Virus record (IMG/VR): IMGVR_UViG_3300018080_000118
Span: 1 to 64,000 of that record
Length of the DNA: 64,000 nucleotides
Strand: one strand, 5' to 3'
Source of the DNA: a virus
The position numbers and the translations under genes are program-made. Under the pieces are notes generated by a model. It worked only from the letters and a program-made list of their open reading frames with translations, was not told the DNA's origin and searched no databases. Of the stretch, positions 9,271 to 16,321 are shown piece after piece; within the stretch, counting starts at the first letter, position 1, and the number at the start of each line of letters is the position of its first letter.

Positions 9271-9996
9271 CTAAGCGGCGATCCTCAACCTTTCGGGAAT
9301 GGTGCCGCTGACGTTGGCCTTTTGGTAGAACGTCTTCTCATCGGCCATGATGAGAGACATACGCATGATCACCCAATCGGTGGGTGGTAGCGAGTTGTCC
9401 TTGAAGACGATGCAGCAGGACGCGGTGCGCGTCCCCTTGTCTCGGACGACAACTTGCCTATGGCCCGGGAAGATCTGGTAGACCAGTCCCGTAACCGGTG
9501 AGGTGATGCTGATGAAGCCGTCCTTCAGGTAGCGGCGGAAGCGCTCGCCTCCGATGAACGTCTTGAGGAGCTGCCGCGCCTTCAGCTCGGCGGGATCCTC
9601 TGTGTGCGCCAACCCGAACCGGGTGGCCTTGGCAGAGGGCAGTAGCGCATTGCGCCGCCGCGCCATCTCCATCTTCTTGATGGCGCGTGGATCCGCTGTG
9701 AAGGTATTGCCCTTGATGATGGAGAAATACCGGGCAGTGCCTTCGTAGTTGTAGTCGAAGGTCAGTTCCCAGGTATTTCCAGAGAGCCAGTCAGCGGTAG
9801 CCGCCGTGCCTGTCGAAGAGGCCAGCCACCACGTGGTATTGACAGTTGCGCTGCTGACCGTGGTGACTTGCCAGTAGTTGTCGCCGTTTGAGGGCAGCAG
9901 CAGAGATCCTCGCGTGCTATCTGTAGACCACACATAGTCCGAGGTCATCTGGTACGACCGCCGTAGCGCAGATCCGGTGAGACTTGTTGGCCCCAT
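9271..9996 (-). CDS. hypothetical protein, partner of the upstream GG-ending small protein
   Basis: Starts 1 nt after the upstream stop. S/T/W-rich N-half; globular C-half ending LPPTDW...DEKTFYQKAN. Confidence 0.7.
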   Translation of the reverse strand: MGPTSLTGSALRRSYQMTSDYVWSTDSTRGSLLLPSNGDNYWQVTTVSSATVNTTWWLASSTGTAATADWLSGNTWELTFDYNYEGTARYFSIIKGNTFTADPRAIKKMEMARRRNALLPSAKATRFGLAHTEDPAELKARQLLKTFIGGERFRRYLKDGFISITSPVTGLVYQIFPGHRQVVVRDKGTRTASCCIVFKDNSLPPTDWVIMRMSLIMADEKTFYQKANVSGTIPERLRIAA

Positions 9997-9997
9997 G

Positions 9998-10225
9998 TTA
10001 CCCTCCCACGATCATGGGCATGAGCAGGATGCGTTCGGCGTCCGGGTCGAAGTCGGTGATCATGTTACCCTTCTTCCCGTCGGGATTCATCCTGACCGCC
10101 ATTCCTTTTCTTTCCCCGAGGAACTCCAGGAATTTTTTCCTGGCCTCGGCTACGCTTTCCGGGTCGTCCTTGTCCCAGGTGACCTTTTCGTCGCCCAGGT
10201 GCGAAAGGATACTCAGTTCTCCCAT
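9998..10225 (-). CDS. 75-aa protein ending in di-glycine (PMIVGG)
   Basis: GGAGG SD; ubiquitin-like size and C-terminal GG. Confidence 0.8.
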   Translation of the reverse strand: MGELSILSHLGDEKVTWDKDDPESVAEARKKFLEFLGERKGMAVRMNPDGKKGNMITDFDPDAERILLMPMIVGG

Positions 10226-10269
10226 ATAAACCTCCAGAATGTATTATACGTAGGACTAGCTTGAAACTG

Positions 10270-10672
10270 TTTTTGTAAACAGGCTTCCCTCGGTTACCTC
10301 GTGCAACAGCAGCACCTGGTGGCGTTGCGCCACCTGTCAAACGCCTAGTCCCGCAACGCTGCACCCTTCCGTGGTTGCCAGCAGGAAGCTTAGCTCTATC
10401 CGCACCGCCACAGAGTGACGTCCGTTTGGCTGTACACCTAACGGCAAAGGGGACTAGAGGCACTGTTCCTCTGTTGCAGTTTCCGGATGCAACGCCGCAT
10501 TGTCTTTTTACACCGACTACAGGTGAGGAGGATGGGCTAGAACGAGCTCGGACAAATGGTCCTCGAAGCCCCCTTCGAGGACCTGTGTCCGTGCTCAGTT
10601 CAGCGCCCCCATATATGCCTACCCACTCGTGAGTGAGCGACGGCGTTACGCCGCCACGAGGCATCGCTCGGT
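10270..10672 (-). ncRNA. candidate large structured RNA (about 400 nt), family unknown
   Basis: No convincing ORF; dense hairpins, several with GNRA-type loops on the - strand; lies next to the tmRNA and tRNA. Boundaries are approximate. Confidence 0.55.
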
Positions 10673-10763
10673 GAGATACTTATAGCAGGGCCGGAGGTGG
10701 CGGTAGAGACGTTCAGCTTCTTTTTGGAGGAATACTGACACCACCCCCGGCCCGAGTTTTATG

Positions 10764-10797
10764 AAAAGGGCTTCCAGGAATCTCTTCCTAGAAGCCC
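10764..10797 (-). terminator. terminator downstream of the tmRNA
   Basis: GGGCTTC..AGGAA / TTCCT..GAAGCCC stem followed by TTTT on the - strand. Confidence 0.6.
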
Positions 10798-10861
10798 CGT
10801 GCCGACACGCAGCATGGCTGGCTGCATGTTGTTCTTAATGGTCCGCCGAGCACGGAGCTTC

Positions 10862-11237
10862 TGGTGGAGGCGGTGGGAATCGAACCCACGTCCAGAATGC
10901 ACATCCCCACCTCTTCTACAAGCTTAGCCCCCTGTTGTTCCGCTGTGGGCCGCGTATCGAGTTTCTTTCCGGCTCGCAAAGTCAGGCCATCTTCTCGGCT
11001 CTTGCTCGACCAGCTTCAAGAACCCAGTCCGGATTCGTTGCGCCGAACTGACCTCCTCCAGACAAGGGAGAACAGTCGACGGAATGGGGCTGATTAAGCC
11101 GCCATCGCAGGGGCGAAAGCCCCCATCTTTGTTGGGTTGGCAGTTGAATTTGCCTGCCACGCTTTTTTACGAGGGTGCATGACATCCTCGGCTTGCAGAG
11201 ATGACTCAGTTACACCTGTCGAACCCAGTTCGCCCCC
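10862..11237 (-). ncRNA. ssrA: tmRNA
   Basis: 5' GGGGGCG pairs with 3' CGCCTCC-A-CCA (G3.U alanine identity); T-arm GTGGG-TTCGATT-CCCAC; tag frame 11141-11094 reads ANPTKMGAFAPAMAA-stop. Confidence 0.95.
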
Positions 11238-11292
11238 AAAGGTATTGCTTCCAGTTTAACGGCACCCCTGCCGATTATCCAGTCTCCACTGA

Positions 11293-11366
11293 TGCGCCCG
11301 GCTGGAGTCGAACCAGCAACCACCAGCTTTAGAGGCCGGCCGCTCTGCCATTAAGCGTACGGGCGC
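11293..11366 (-). tRNA. amber-suppressor tRNA, anticodon CUA; amino acid unknown
   Basis: Cloverleaf: acceptor GCGCCCG/CGGGCGC, D-arm CGCTT-AATGGCA-GAGCG, anticodon arm CCGGC-CT CTA AA-GCTGG, T-arm GCTGG-TTCGACT-CCAGC, discriminator A. CCA is not encoded (TCA). Confidence 0.9.
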
Positions 11367-11436
11367 AAACCCCCAGATGAATGCAGCGACACCTATCGCG
11401 AATCGGTGACCGTTAGGCTCCGGGGGGCCAGCTGGT

Positions 11437-11856
11437 TTACAGGAACTCCCCAAGGCCGAGGCCGTCGATGAGTTCCTTCTCGATTGAGCGGGCGCGCATT
11501 GCCCCCAGCTCGTCTTGAGGATAGCGGTGAGTCGTGACCAAGGAGCGTGCCTTGGCCTGCCCGCAGCAGCGACACTTGCTATCCCGCCAGTATTTGCGAG
11601 GCTTCTTGCGGATCCGAAGCATCAGGTTCAGGATGACCGTGATCCCTAGTGCCCGGGCCGGGTCTTTTCCCGCCATCTTGGCGGCGTCGCGTTCGCGCCA
11701 GGGCTTCTTCTTTTCCAGGTCCTTGTCGATGCGGGCGCGGCGCTGGAGCTCGGCCAGCTTCTTGTTCTGCTCTCGTAGTGCGGTGAGCTTCTCGTGGAAT
11801 CTTTGTCGAGTCGCGTCGTCCCGCGTGAGCATCTCTTTTACGGCGTCTTGTGACAT
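11437..11856 (-). CDS. hypothetical basic protein between the pth2-like gene and tRNA(CUA)
   Basis: AAGGAG SD; overlaps the upstream gene by 19 nt. Confidence 0.7.
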   Translation of the reverse strand: MSQDAVKEMLTRDDATRQRFHEKLTALREQNKKLAELQRRARIDKDLEKKKPWRERDAAKMAGKDPARALGITVILNLMLRIRKKPRKYWRDSKCRCCGQAKARSLVTTHRYPQDELGAMRARSIEKELIDGLGLGEFL

Positions 11857-12182
11857 AGTGCTGTCTCCTTCCAGAGTGGGAATCGGCTGAAGTGCCGACG
11901 GGTTTTTCCAGACACGGCTTCCGTGCAGAGGGCCGTGGCTTGGTCGTCGAGGTCAGGCTCCCTGAATAGCTGCGCTTGCACGCCTATCGACGATACGTGC
12001 CTGTGCGCTGCGAGCAGGGAATCCTCGTCAGGGACTTGGAGAATGATGAGGTGATCGACCCTGGAAGGGTCACGGCAGTTATGCTTGCCGCTTTCGAGTG
12101 CGGCGTGCGCAGCTTGGACAAGCTGTTGCGGGAGGGAAAGGTCTTTGCGAACGAACAGGTAATTGGCATGTACCTACAACAT
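11838..12182 (-). CDS. peptidyl-tRNA hydrolase 2 (Pth2)-like protein with in-frame amber codon at codon 3
   Basis: SD AAGGAGG (12194-12188), 5-nt spacer, ATG TTG TAG, then an open frame: VHANYLFVRKDLSLPQQLVQAAHAALE...LIILQVPDEDSL...LFREPDLDDQATALCTE...FPLW. These are Pth2-fold motifs. Absent from the ORF track. Confidence 0.8.
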
Positions 12183-12239
12183 GACGACCTCCTTTCAAGG
12201 GTAGTATACGATTCTGTCCGCGAAAAACTCCAGCTATTT

Positions 12240-13166
12240 CTAGAAGAGCTCTATGCCGAAGCCTTTCTGTTTGTTCAGTGCAGCGATGATTCCGTTAGTA
12301 GGCGTCATGCCACCGGAGCCTCCACGGACACCGCTCTGGCCGAATGCCTCTGCCATGAGGACTATCTTGGCTTTGAGTCTGCCGCTGCCAAGAGTGATGA
12401 GAGCTCGTTTGACCTTCGGATCTAGGAACGAGTCCGAACCGCCTCTCTGTTTCCTGAAGTGCCGTTCGCCCCAACCAAGTCCGCGCAGAATCACCTTGTC
12501 TATAGGTTTCCCGTCGTAGATCGCCGCGCAGAGTTCGAAGAGTTCGACAAACACGTCCGGAAGACACGTCGCGTATGTTCTCATGGTGGACACGCATCCG
12601 ACGGTGTGGTTGGTCTTACGCGACATTGGAACGATCTTGTACCCAGAAGCATTCGCCGCCTCTTCCATGAGTACAGCAGCGGGATCCCCGAAGGCATAGA
12701 GGGCGCGGTGCTTGTGGTAAGCTGAGAGAGTCCAGACCTTGGATGCTTCCAGGAAGGCCTGGGCTTCGTCGGCGATTTTGCCGCTCGCCTCGATGACCAG
12801 ACAGTCCAGGGTCTTGATATCATCTCTGATCATGGCCGCGCGCCAGCGTTGTTGGCCGTCGACAATGAAGTAGCTTCCGTCGGGTCTTCTCATCACGAGA
12901 AGCGCTCCGCAGGCGAAGTAGTTGAATGTTCGTGCCTTCTCCAGCACATGGGAGATGTTGTAATCGCGCTGGTACGTCGTATCGACGCCCAACACGCCCT
13001 TTCGAAGCCGCATACAACGGGGCCTCTGCCCAGGATCTTCAAAAGTAATCTTGCTTTTCTTCTTGGCCGCTTTCAGCTCTTTCACCATCTTCGTCGTATC
13101 GTCGCGTTTCGAGTTCTTCCGTTTCGCGGAAGCCTTCTTTTTGGAAGCCTTTTTCTTCTTTGGCAT
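12240..13166 (-). CDS. ParB/Srx-like domain protein with Lys-rich N-terminal tail
   Basis: VDTTYQR...RRPDGSYFIVDGQQRWRAA matches the ParB-N DG-x-x-R box; GGAGGAG SD. Confidence 0.75.
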   Translation of the reverse strand: MPKKKKASKKKASAKRKNSKRDDTTKMVKELKAAKKKSKITFEDPGQRPRCMRLRKGVLGVDTTYQRDYNISHVLEKARTFNYFACGALLVMRRPDGSYFIVDGQQRWRAAMIRDDIKTLDCLVIEASGKIADEAQAFLEASKVWTLSAYHKHRALYAFGDPAAVLMEEAANASGYKIVPMSRKTNHTVGCVSTMRTYATCLPDVFVELFELCAAIYDGKPIDKVILRGLGWGERHFRKQRGGSDSFLDPKVKRALITLGSGRLKAKIVLMAEAFGQSGVRGGSGGMTPTNGIIAALNKQKGFGIELF

Positions 13167-13182
13167 GAAGCAGTCTCCTCCT

Positions 13183-13833
13183 TTACTTCTCTGTTTCGTC
13201 GTCGAGATCGGGCATGTCGCCGTAGCTCAGAGACGAGCTGCAGCGCATGAGCTTCACGCGGCTGCCCGTAGCGCTGTAGGCTGAGCCCACGCCCTGGCCT
13301 GATGCGGCGAAGTTGGCGCACATGTTTTTCATTGCGCCGTACCCGAGCCCTGTGGAGATGGCGTCGATGTTGGCCCCCAGGAAGAGGATCTCCCAGGAGT
13401 ATTTCTCTCGCTGGTGCTCCACCATCTCCTTGACCTTGCGTCGGCCGTCGTCGCCAGGGAACTCCACGGAGTAGTTTTCAGCGCCGTCGGTGATGACCAC
13501 GAGGATCACCTTCTCCGGGCGCTCTCCTTCCGGCAACTTGTTGAGTCGGCCACCAACGTCGAGGATGGTCTTGCCAATGGCGTCGTTGAGACGTGTCCAT
13601 CCTCGGGCGAAGTATTCCTTCGACGTGAGTTCGGGCAGTTCCTTGATGTCCACGCCCTGGTGCAGCACTTCGTACTTGTCGTCGAAGAGCACGACGGTCA
13701 CCTGCGCGTCTCCGGGGACCTCCCGCTGCTCCTTGATGAACTCGTTGAACTTGGTGATGGTCTCCTGCTGCAGGGCGCTCATCGAGCCACTGCGGTCTAG
13801 GACGCAAACGATTTCTGTGAGGTCTTTCTTCAT
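13183..13833 (-). CDS. stand-alone von Willebrand factor A (vWA) domain protein
   Basis: MIDAS motif VLDRSGSM, T-x-L-x-DAIG, VITDGAEN, FLGANIDA. Confidence 0.9.
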   Translation of the reverse strand: MKKDLTEIVCVLDRSGSMSALQQETITKFNEFIKEQREVPGDAQVTVVLFDDKYEVLHQGVDIKELPELTSKEYFARGWTRLNDAIGKTILDVGGRLNKLPEGERPEKVILVVITDGAENYSVEFPGDDGRRKVKEMVEHQREKYSWEILFLGANIDAISTGLGYGAMKNMCANFAASGQGVGSAYSATGSRVKLMRCSSSLSYGDMPDLDDETEK

Positions 13834-13850
13834 GGGGCTCCTTCCTTCTT

Positions 13851-13890
13851 AAAAAAGCGGGGGGTGGCTCGTATCGCCTGGCCACCCCCC
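13851..13890 (-). terminator. Rho-independent terminator ending the tRNA-like RNA transcript
   Basis: GGGGGGTGGC/GCCACCCCCC 10-bp stem followed by GCTTTTTT on the - strand. Confidence 0.75.
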
Positions 13891-13904
13891 TGTTTATCAT
13901 CAGT

Positions 13905-14200
13905 CTCGATTATAAGTCGAGTGCTCTAACGAGCGTCGATGGGAACTTCTCCTTTCTGCGGCACTGAGCCTGAAGCATTAGCTGCCGAGGTCATACCGTT
14001 AGACCACGCTCCCGTCTTTGGTTCGTCTGGAGGGAGCGATGGGATTCGAACCCACATTATCGGCATACGCTTTGTTTCGTGCCTTTCAGGATGCGTTCCG
14101 GCTGAAGCTAGGAGCATACCACTGACTCTGACCCAAGGTGAGCTTGAGCTCACAGCCATAGACAGCCACATAGGCTGGCGGCTGCGATATCTGAATCTGA
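13905..14200 (-). ncRNA. tRNA-mimic RNA: circularly permuted tRNA-like core (YrlA/Y-RNA-like topology) plus a separate D-arm/anticodon-arm module
   Basis: A tRNA 3' half (14065-14028, T-arm then CGCTCCC-T-CCA) precedes its 5' half (14013-13983, GGGAGCG then D-arm). A second module lies at 13934-13905. Outer boundaries are approximate. Confidence 0.7.
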
Positions 14201-14250
14201 GTCTAGCTCCTTTATTTCTAGTTTACTTGGTGTTGTTCCGGAAGTCCAGC

Positions 14251-15009
14251 CTACTCGATGGGCAGGTCGCGGAACAGCCAGACGAACAGTTTCCGGCCGA
14301 TGTGGTCCTGCTTCGCGTCGACCCGATTGGCTCTCGCGAGAGCGACGCCGAGACCTTCCAGGAGTTCCTCGGTCTTCTTGACCAGCGCGGTCTTCTGCTT
14401 CTGGGTGAGCTTGCCGGACCAGTACTTCTTCGTCACCTCGCCTGTGACGACGTCCTCGGACTTCTCACGGATCTCGGCTCGGTGCTCCTTCGTGGGAGCC
14501 ACTACCACCTCGTGGAAGACCTTCTTGGTCGTCCGGTACGAGATGACGGGGTCGGTCTTGAAGATGCCGACGCCCCGTTCTTCGTCTACGTCCCACTCGT
14601 GCTTGGGGTCGTGGGTCGGAATGGCGCGGAAGACCGTGAGCAGCTGTTCCACACTCTTCTTGAGCGCGAGCAGCTGCGTCGTCGGCAGCTCGGGTAGATC
14701 AAGCCCCTCCACGTCGACCCTCCCCAGGGCCTCCATGTTGGTCCGGTCGATCGTGGCGTTCAGGTCGATGCTGGGGATGAGGCTTTCGCGGAGTTCCGCG
14801 AGCACATTCCCGACCGTGGTGGTCAGGTGCGTGGTTTTCGGGGTCTCTCTGTGGAGTCCCGAGGGATCCTCCTCCAGGTGCCTGTAGCTCTGCATGAATG
14901 CCTCGAAGAGGTGATCGGCTCCGAACACCTTCTTCGCCTGGCGGAGCGCCTCCCTGGCCTGCTCCTCTCTCTGGGTCCTGGCCGCGAGAACCTCGTGAAG
15001 CTGTCCCAT
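14251..15009 (-). CDS. conserved-type hypothetical protein (recalled as DUF7873-like; unverified) directly upstream of the tRNA-mimic RNA
   Basis: AAGGAGG SD before ATG 15009; motifs LHEVLA, LPTTQLLAL, IPTHDP..EW, RTTKK, APTKEHRAEI, WSG, ARAN. Confidence 0.75.
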   Translation of the reverse strand: MGQLHEVLAARTQREEQAREALRQAKKVFGADHLFEAFMQSYRHLEEDPSGLHRETPKTTHLTTTVGNVLAELRESLIPSIDLNATIDRTNMEALGRVDVEGLDLPELPTTQLLALKKSVEQLLTVFRAIPTHDPKHEWDVDEERGVGIFKTDPVISYRTTKKVFHEVVVAPTKEHRAEIREKSEDVVTGEVTKKYWSGKLTQKQKTALVKKTEELLEGLGVALARANRVDAKQDHIGRKLFVWLFRDLPIE

Positions 15010-15215
15010 GAATTCCTCCTTAACATAGGGTATGTGAAACTGAACGGTGGCAGAAAATGACAAAACCCCCGGCGTACTATGGGGAGGGGGCTGGATAAAG
15101 GCTTGTCGCACGGAGGCACGCCGGGAGTGAGTAAAAGCACTAAGGTCGTGCTTCCCCGACCCGTGGAGGATCGGGGGCAGGAAAAGATAACTTCCCTGCA
15201 GTGTTCTTATACCAA

Positions 15216-15377
15216 TTATCTGCCCTTCTTTTTAGGCTTCCATCCGATCTCGCTGGACAGAGCTTTGATCAAGATTTCCTTGATCGTTTCCTCACGCTCT
15301 ATGGAAGCCCGCTTCAGCGCCTTGTGCAGATCCTTGGGGATGTGCGCGTTCAGCTGGGAATCTTCACGCTTAGCCAT
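15216..15377 (-). CDS. ribbon-helix-helix DNA-binding protein (53 aa)
   Basis: GGAGG SD; MAKREDSQLNAHIPKDLHKALKRASIEREETIKEILIKAL fits a ParG/CopG-like pattern. Below the ORF-track size cutoff. Confidence 0.75.
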   Translation of the reverse strand: MAKREDSQLNAHIPKDLHKALKRASIEREETIKEILIKALSSEIGWKPKKKGR

Positions 15378-16221
15378 TTTTGTCCTCCGATGCGAAGTAG
15401 CAGACTACCCGTCCCTCTGATGTTGCGATACTGACTTTCTCTGCGGCGTCCGGGCCGAAGAGGGAGGATACCATCTGTACCATGTCGTTGAGTTGGCTCA
15501 CTGTGGTTCCGTCTACGGGCCAGCTTACGAGCCACTTATCTGTGTCCGGTTCTTGGACAGCGGTGAAGACAAAGATCTTTGCCTGGACCGTCTCTGCCGC
15601 TGGTTGACCACTCTCGGAGTTGTCATGTGCGGCCGTGCCGCTCGTGGCACCGCCGGATCCCGTGGGGATCTGGGCAGCACCGGCGATTTCTGCTTTGGCC
15701 TCTTCCTCGATCCCTGCCATGAGGTCCTGTGCCGCTGCCTCCTTGGTCTGGTCGAGGCTCTGCTCCTCCACGTCCGGGACCTCGGTCCTCTCCTGCAGGG
15801 CGAACTCCAGTACGCCGTAGGCCCCGCGCACACCGGCACCGAACTGGTCCTTTTCGGGGACGTGCATGCCGATGTACGGGTACTCGGCCTCCAGCATGTC
15901 GGTTCCGCTCTCAGACAGCTGCTTGTCCGCAGCGTAGAGGTCGTTCAGCTCCAAGCCGGTGACGACCCCTTCGTACCCTTCCCGTACGAGCGCGCGCCAG
16001 ATTCGGATAAATGTCTCGGTGAGGCCGGCGAGGAATCCGTCCTTCTCGACGCCTTTCTCCTCACCCTTGACAATCGACCCGAAAAAGGGACACATCTGTG
16101 AGACTTCCGCGCGCTCCTCCTGAGTAGCCGTGATCTCCTTCGGGTTCTTCGGCGGGATGACACCGCCTACGACCTCTCTGATCTCGTTGGGACTCATGGG
16201 CAACTCCTTCTTCTTTGCCAA
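15370..16221 (-). CDS. hypothetical acidic protein
   Basis: 283-aa ORF, first gene of the - strand island; start codon uncertain. Confidence 0.7.
   Translation of the reverse strand: MAKKKELPMSPNEIREVVGGVIPPKNPKEITATQEERAEVSQMCPFFGSIVKGEEKGVEKDGFLAGLTETFIRIWRALVREGYEGVVTGLELNDLYAADKQLSESGTDMLEAEYPYIGMHVPEKDQFGAGVRGAYGVLEFALQERTEVPDVEEQSLDQTKEAAAQDLMAGIEEEAKAEIAGAAQIPTGSGGATSGTAAHDNSESGQPAAETVQAKIFVFTAVQEPDTDKWLVSWPVDGTTVSQLNDMVQMVSSLFGPDAAEKVSIATSEGRVVCYFASEDKNG
15605..15625 (-). repeat. 21-bp imperfect palindrome, copy 2 (intragenic)
   Basis: + strand TGACCACTC-TCG-GAGTTGTCA, the reverse orientation of the consensus. Confidence 0.85.
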
Positions 16222-16280
16222 CCTTGTTCATCCAAGGATAAAGATATAAAGTTATGTAGACAAGTAGAAATCCGGAAGGT

Positions 16281-16308
16281 TTGATAGATATCAGAGATAC
16301 GGCATACT
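16281..16308 (+). promoter_or_regulatory. putative sigma70-like promoter of the baseplate/tail operon
   Basis: TTGATA-N16-CATACT; same GGCATACTT context as the promoter at 46213. Confidence 0.45.
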
Positions 16309-16321
16309 TTCCAAGGATCTC

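Noticed and set aside
10270-10672. RNase P RNA
   Set aside because: The conserved GAGGAAAGUCC and 3' ACAGAA..CGGCUUAU elements were not found on either strand.
11293-11366. tRNA-Arg(TCT) or tRNA-Pyl
   Set aside because: The anticodon stem pairs only with CTA centred in the loop, and the structural hallmarks of tRNAPyl are absent.
11976-12425. ORF-track frames 11976..12425 (+) and 11984..12169 (-)
   Set aside because: They lack an SD or recognisable motifs; the SD-led amber-containing frame explains the region better.
13983-14065. Second, two-piece tmRNA
   Set aside because: It has a D-stem, no G3.U70 pair and no evident tag frame.
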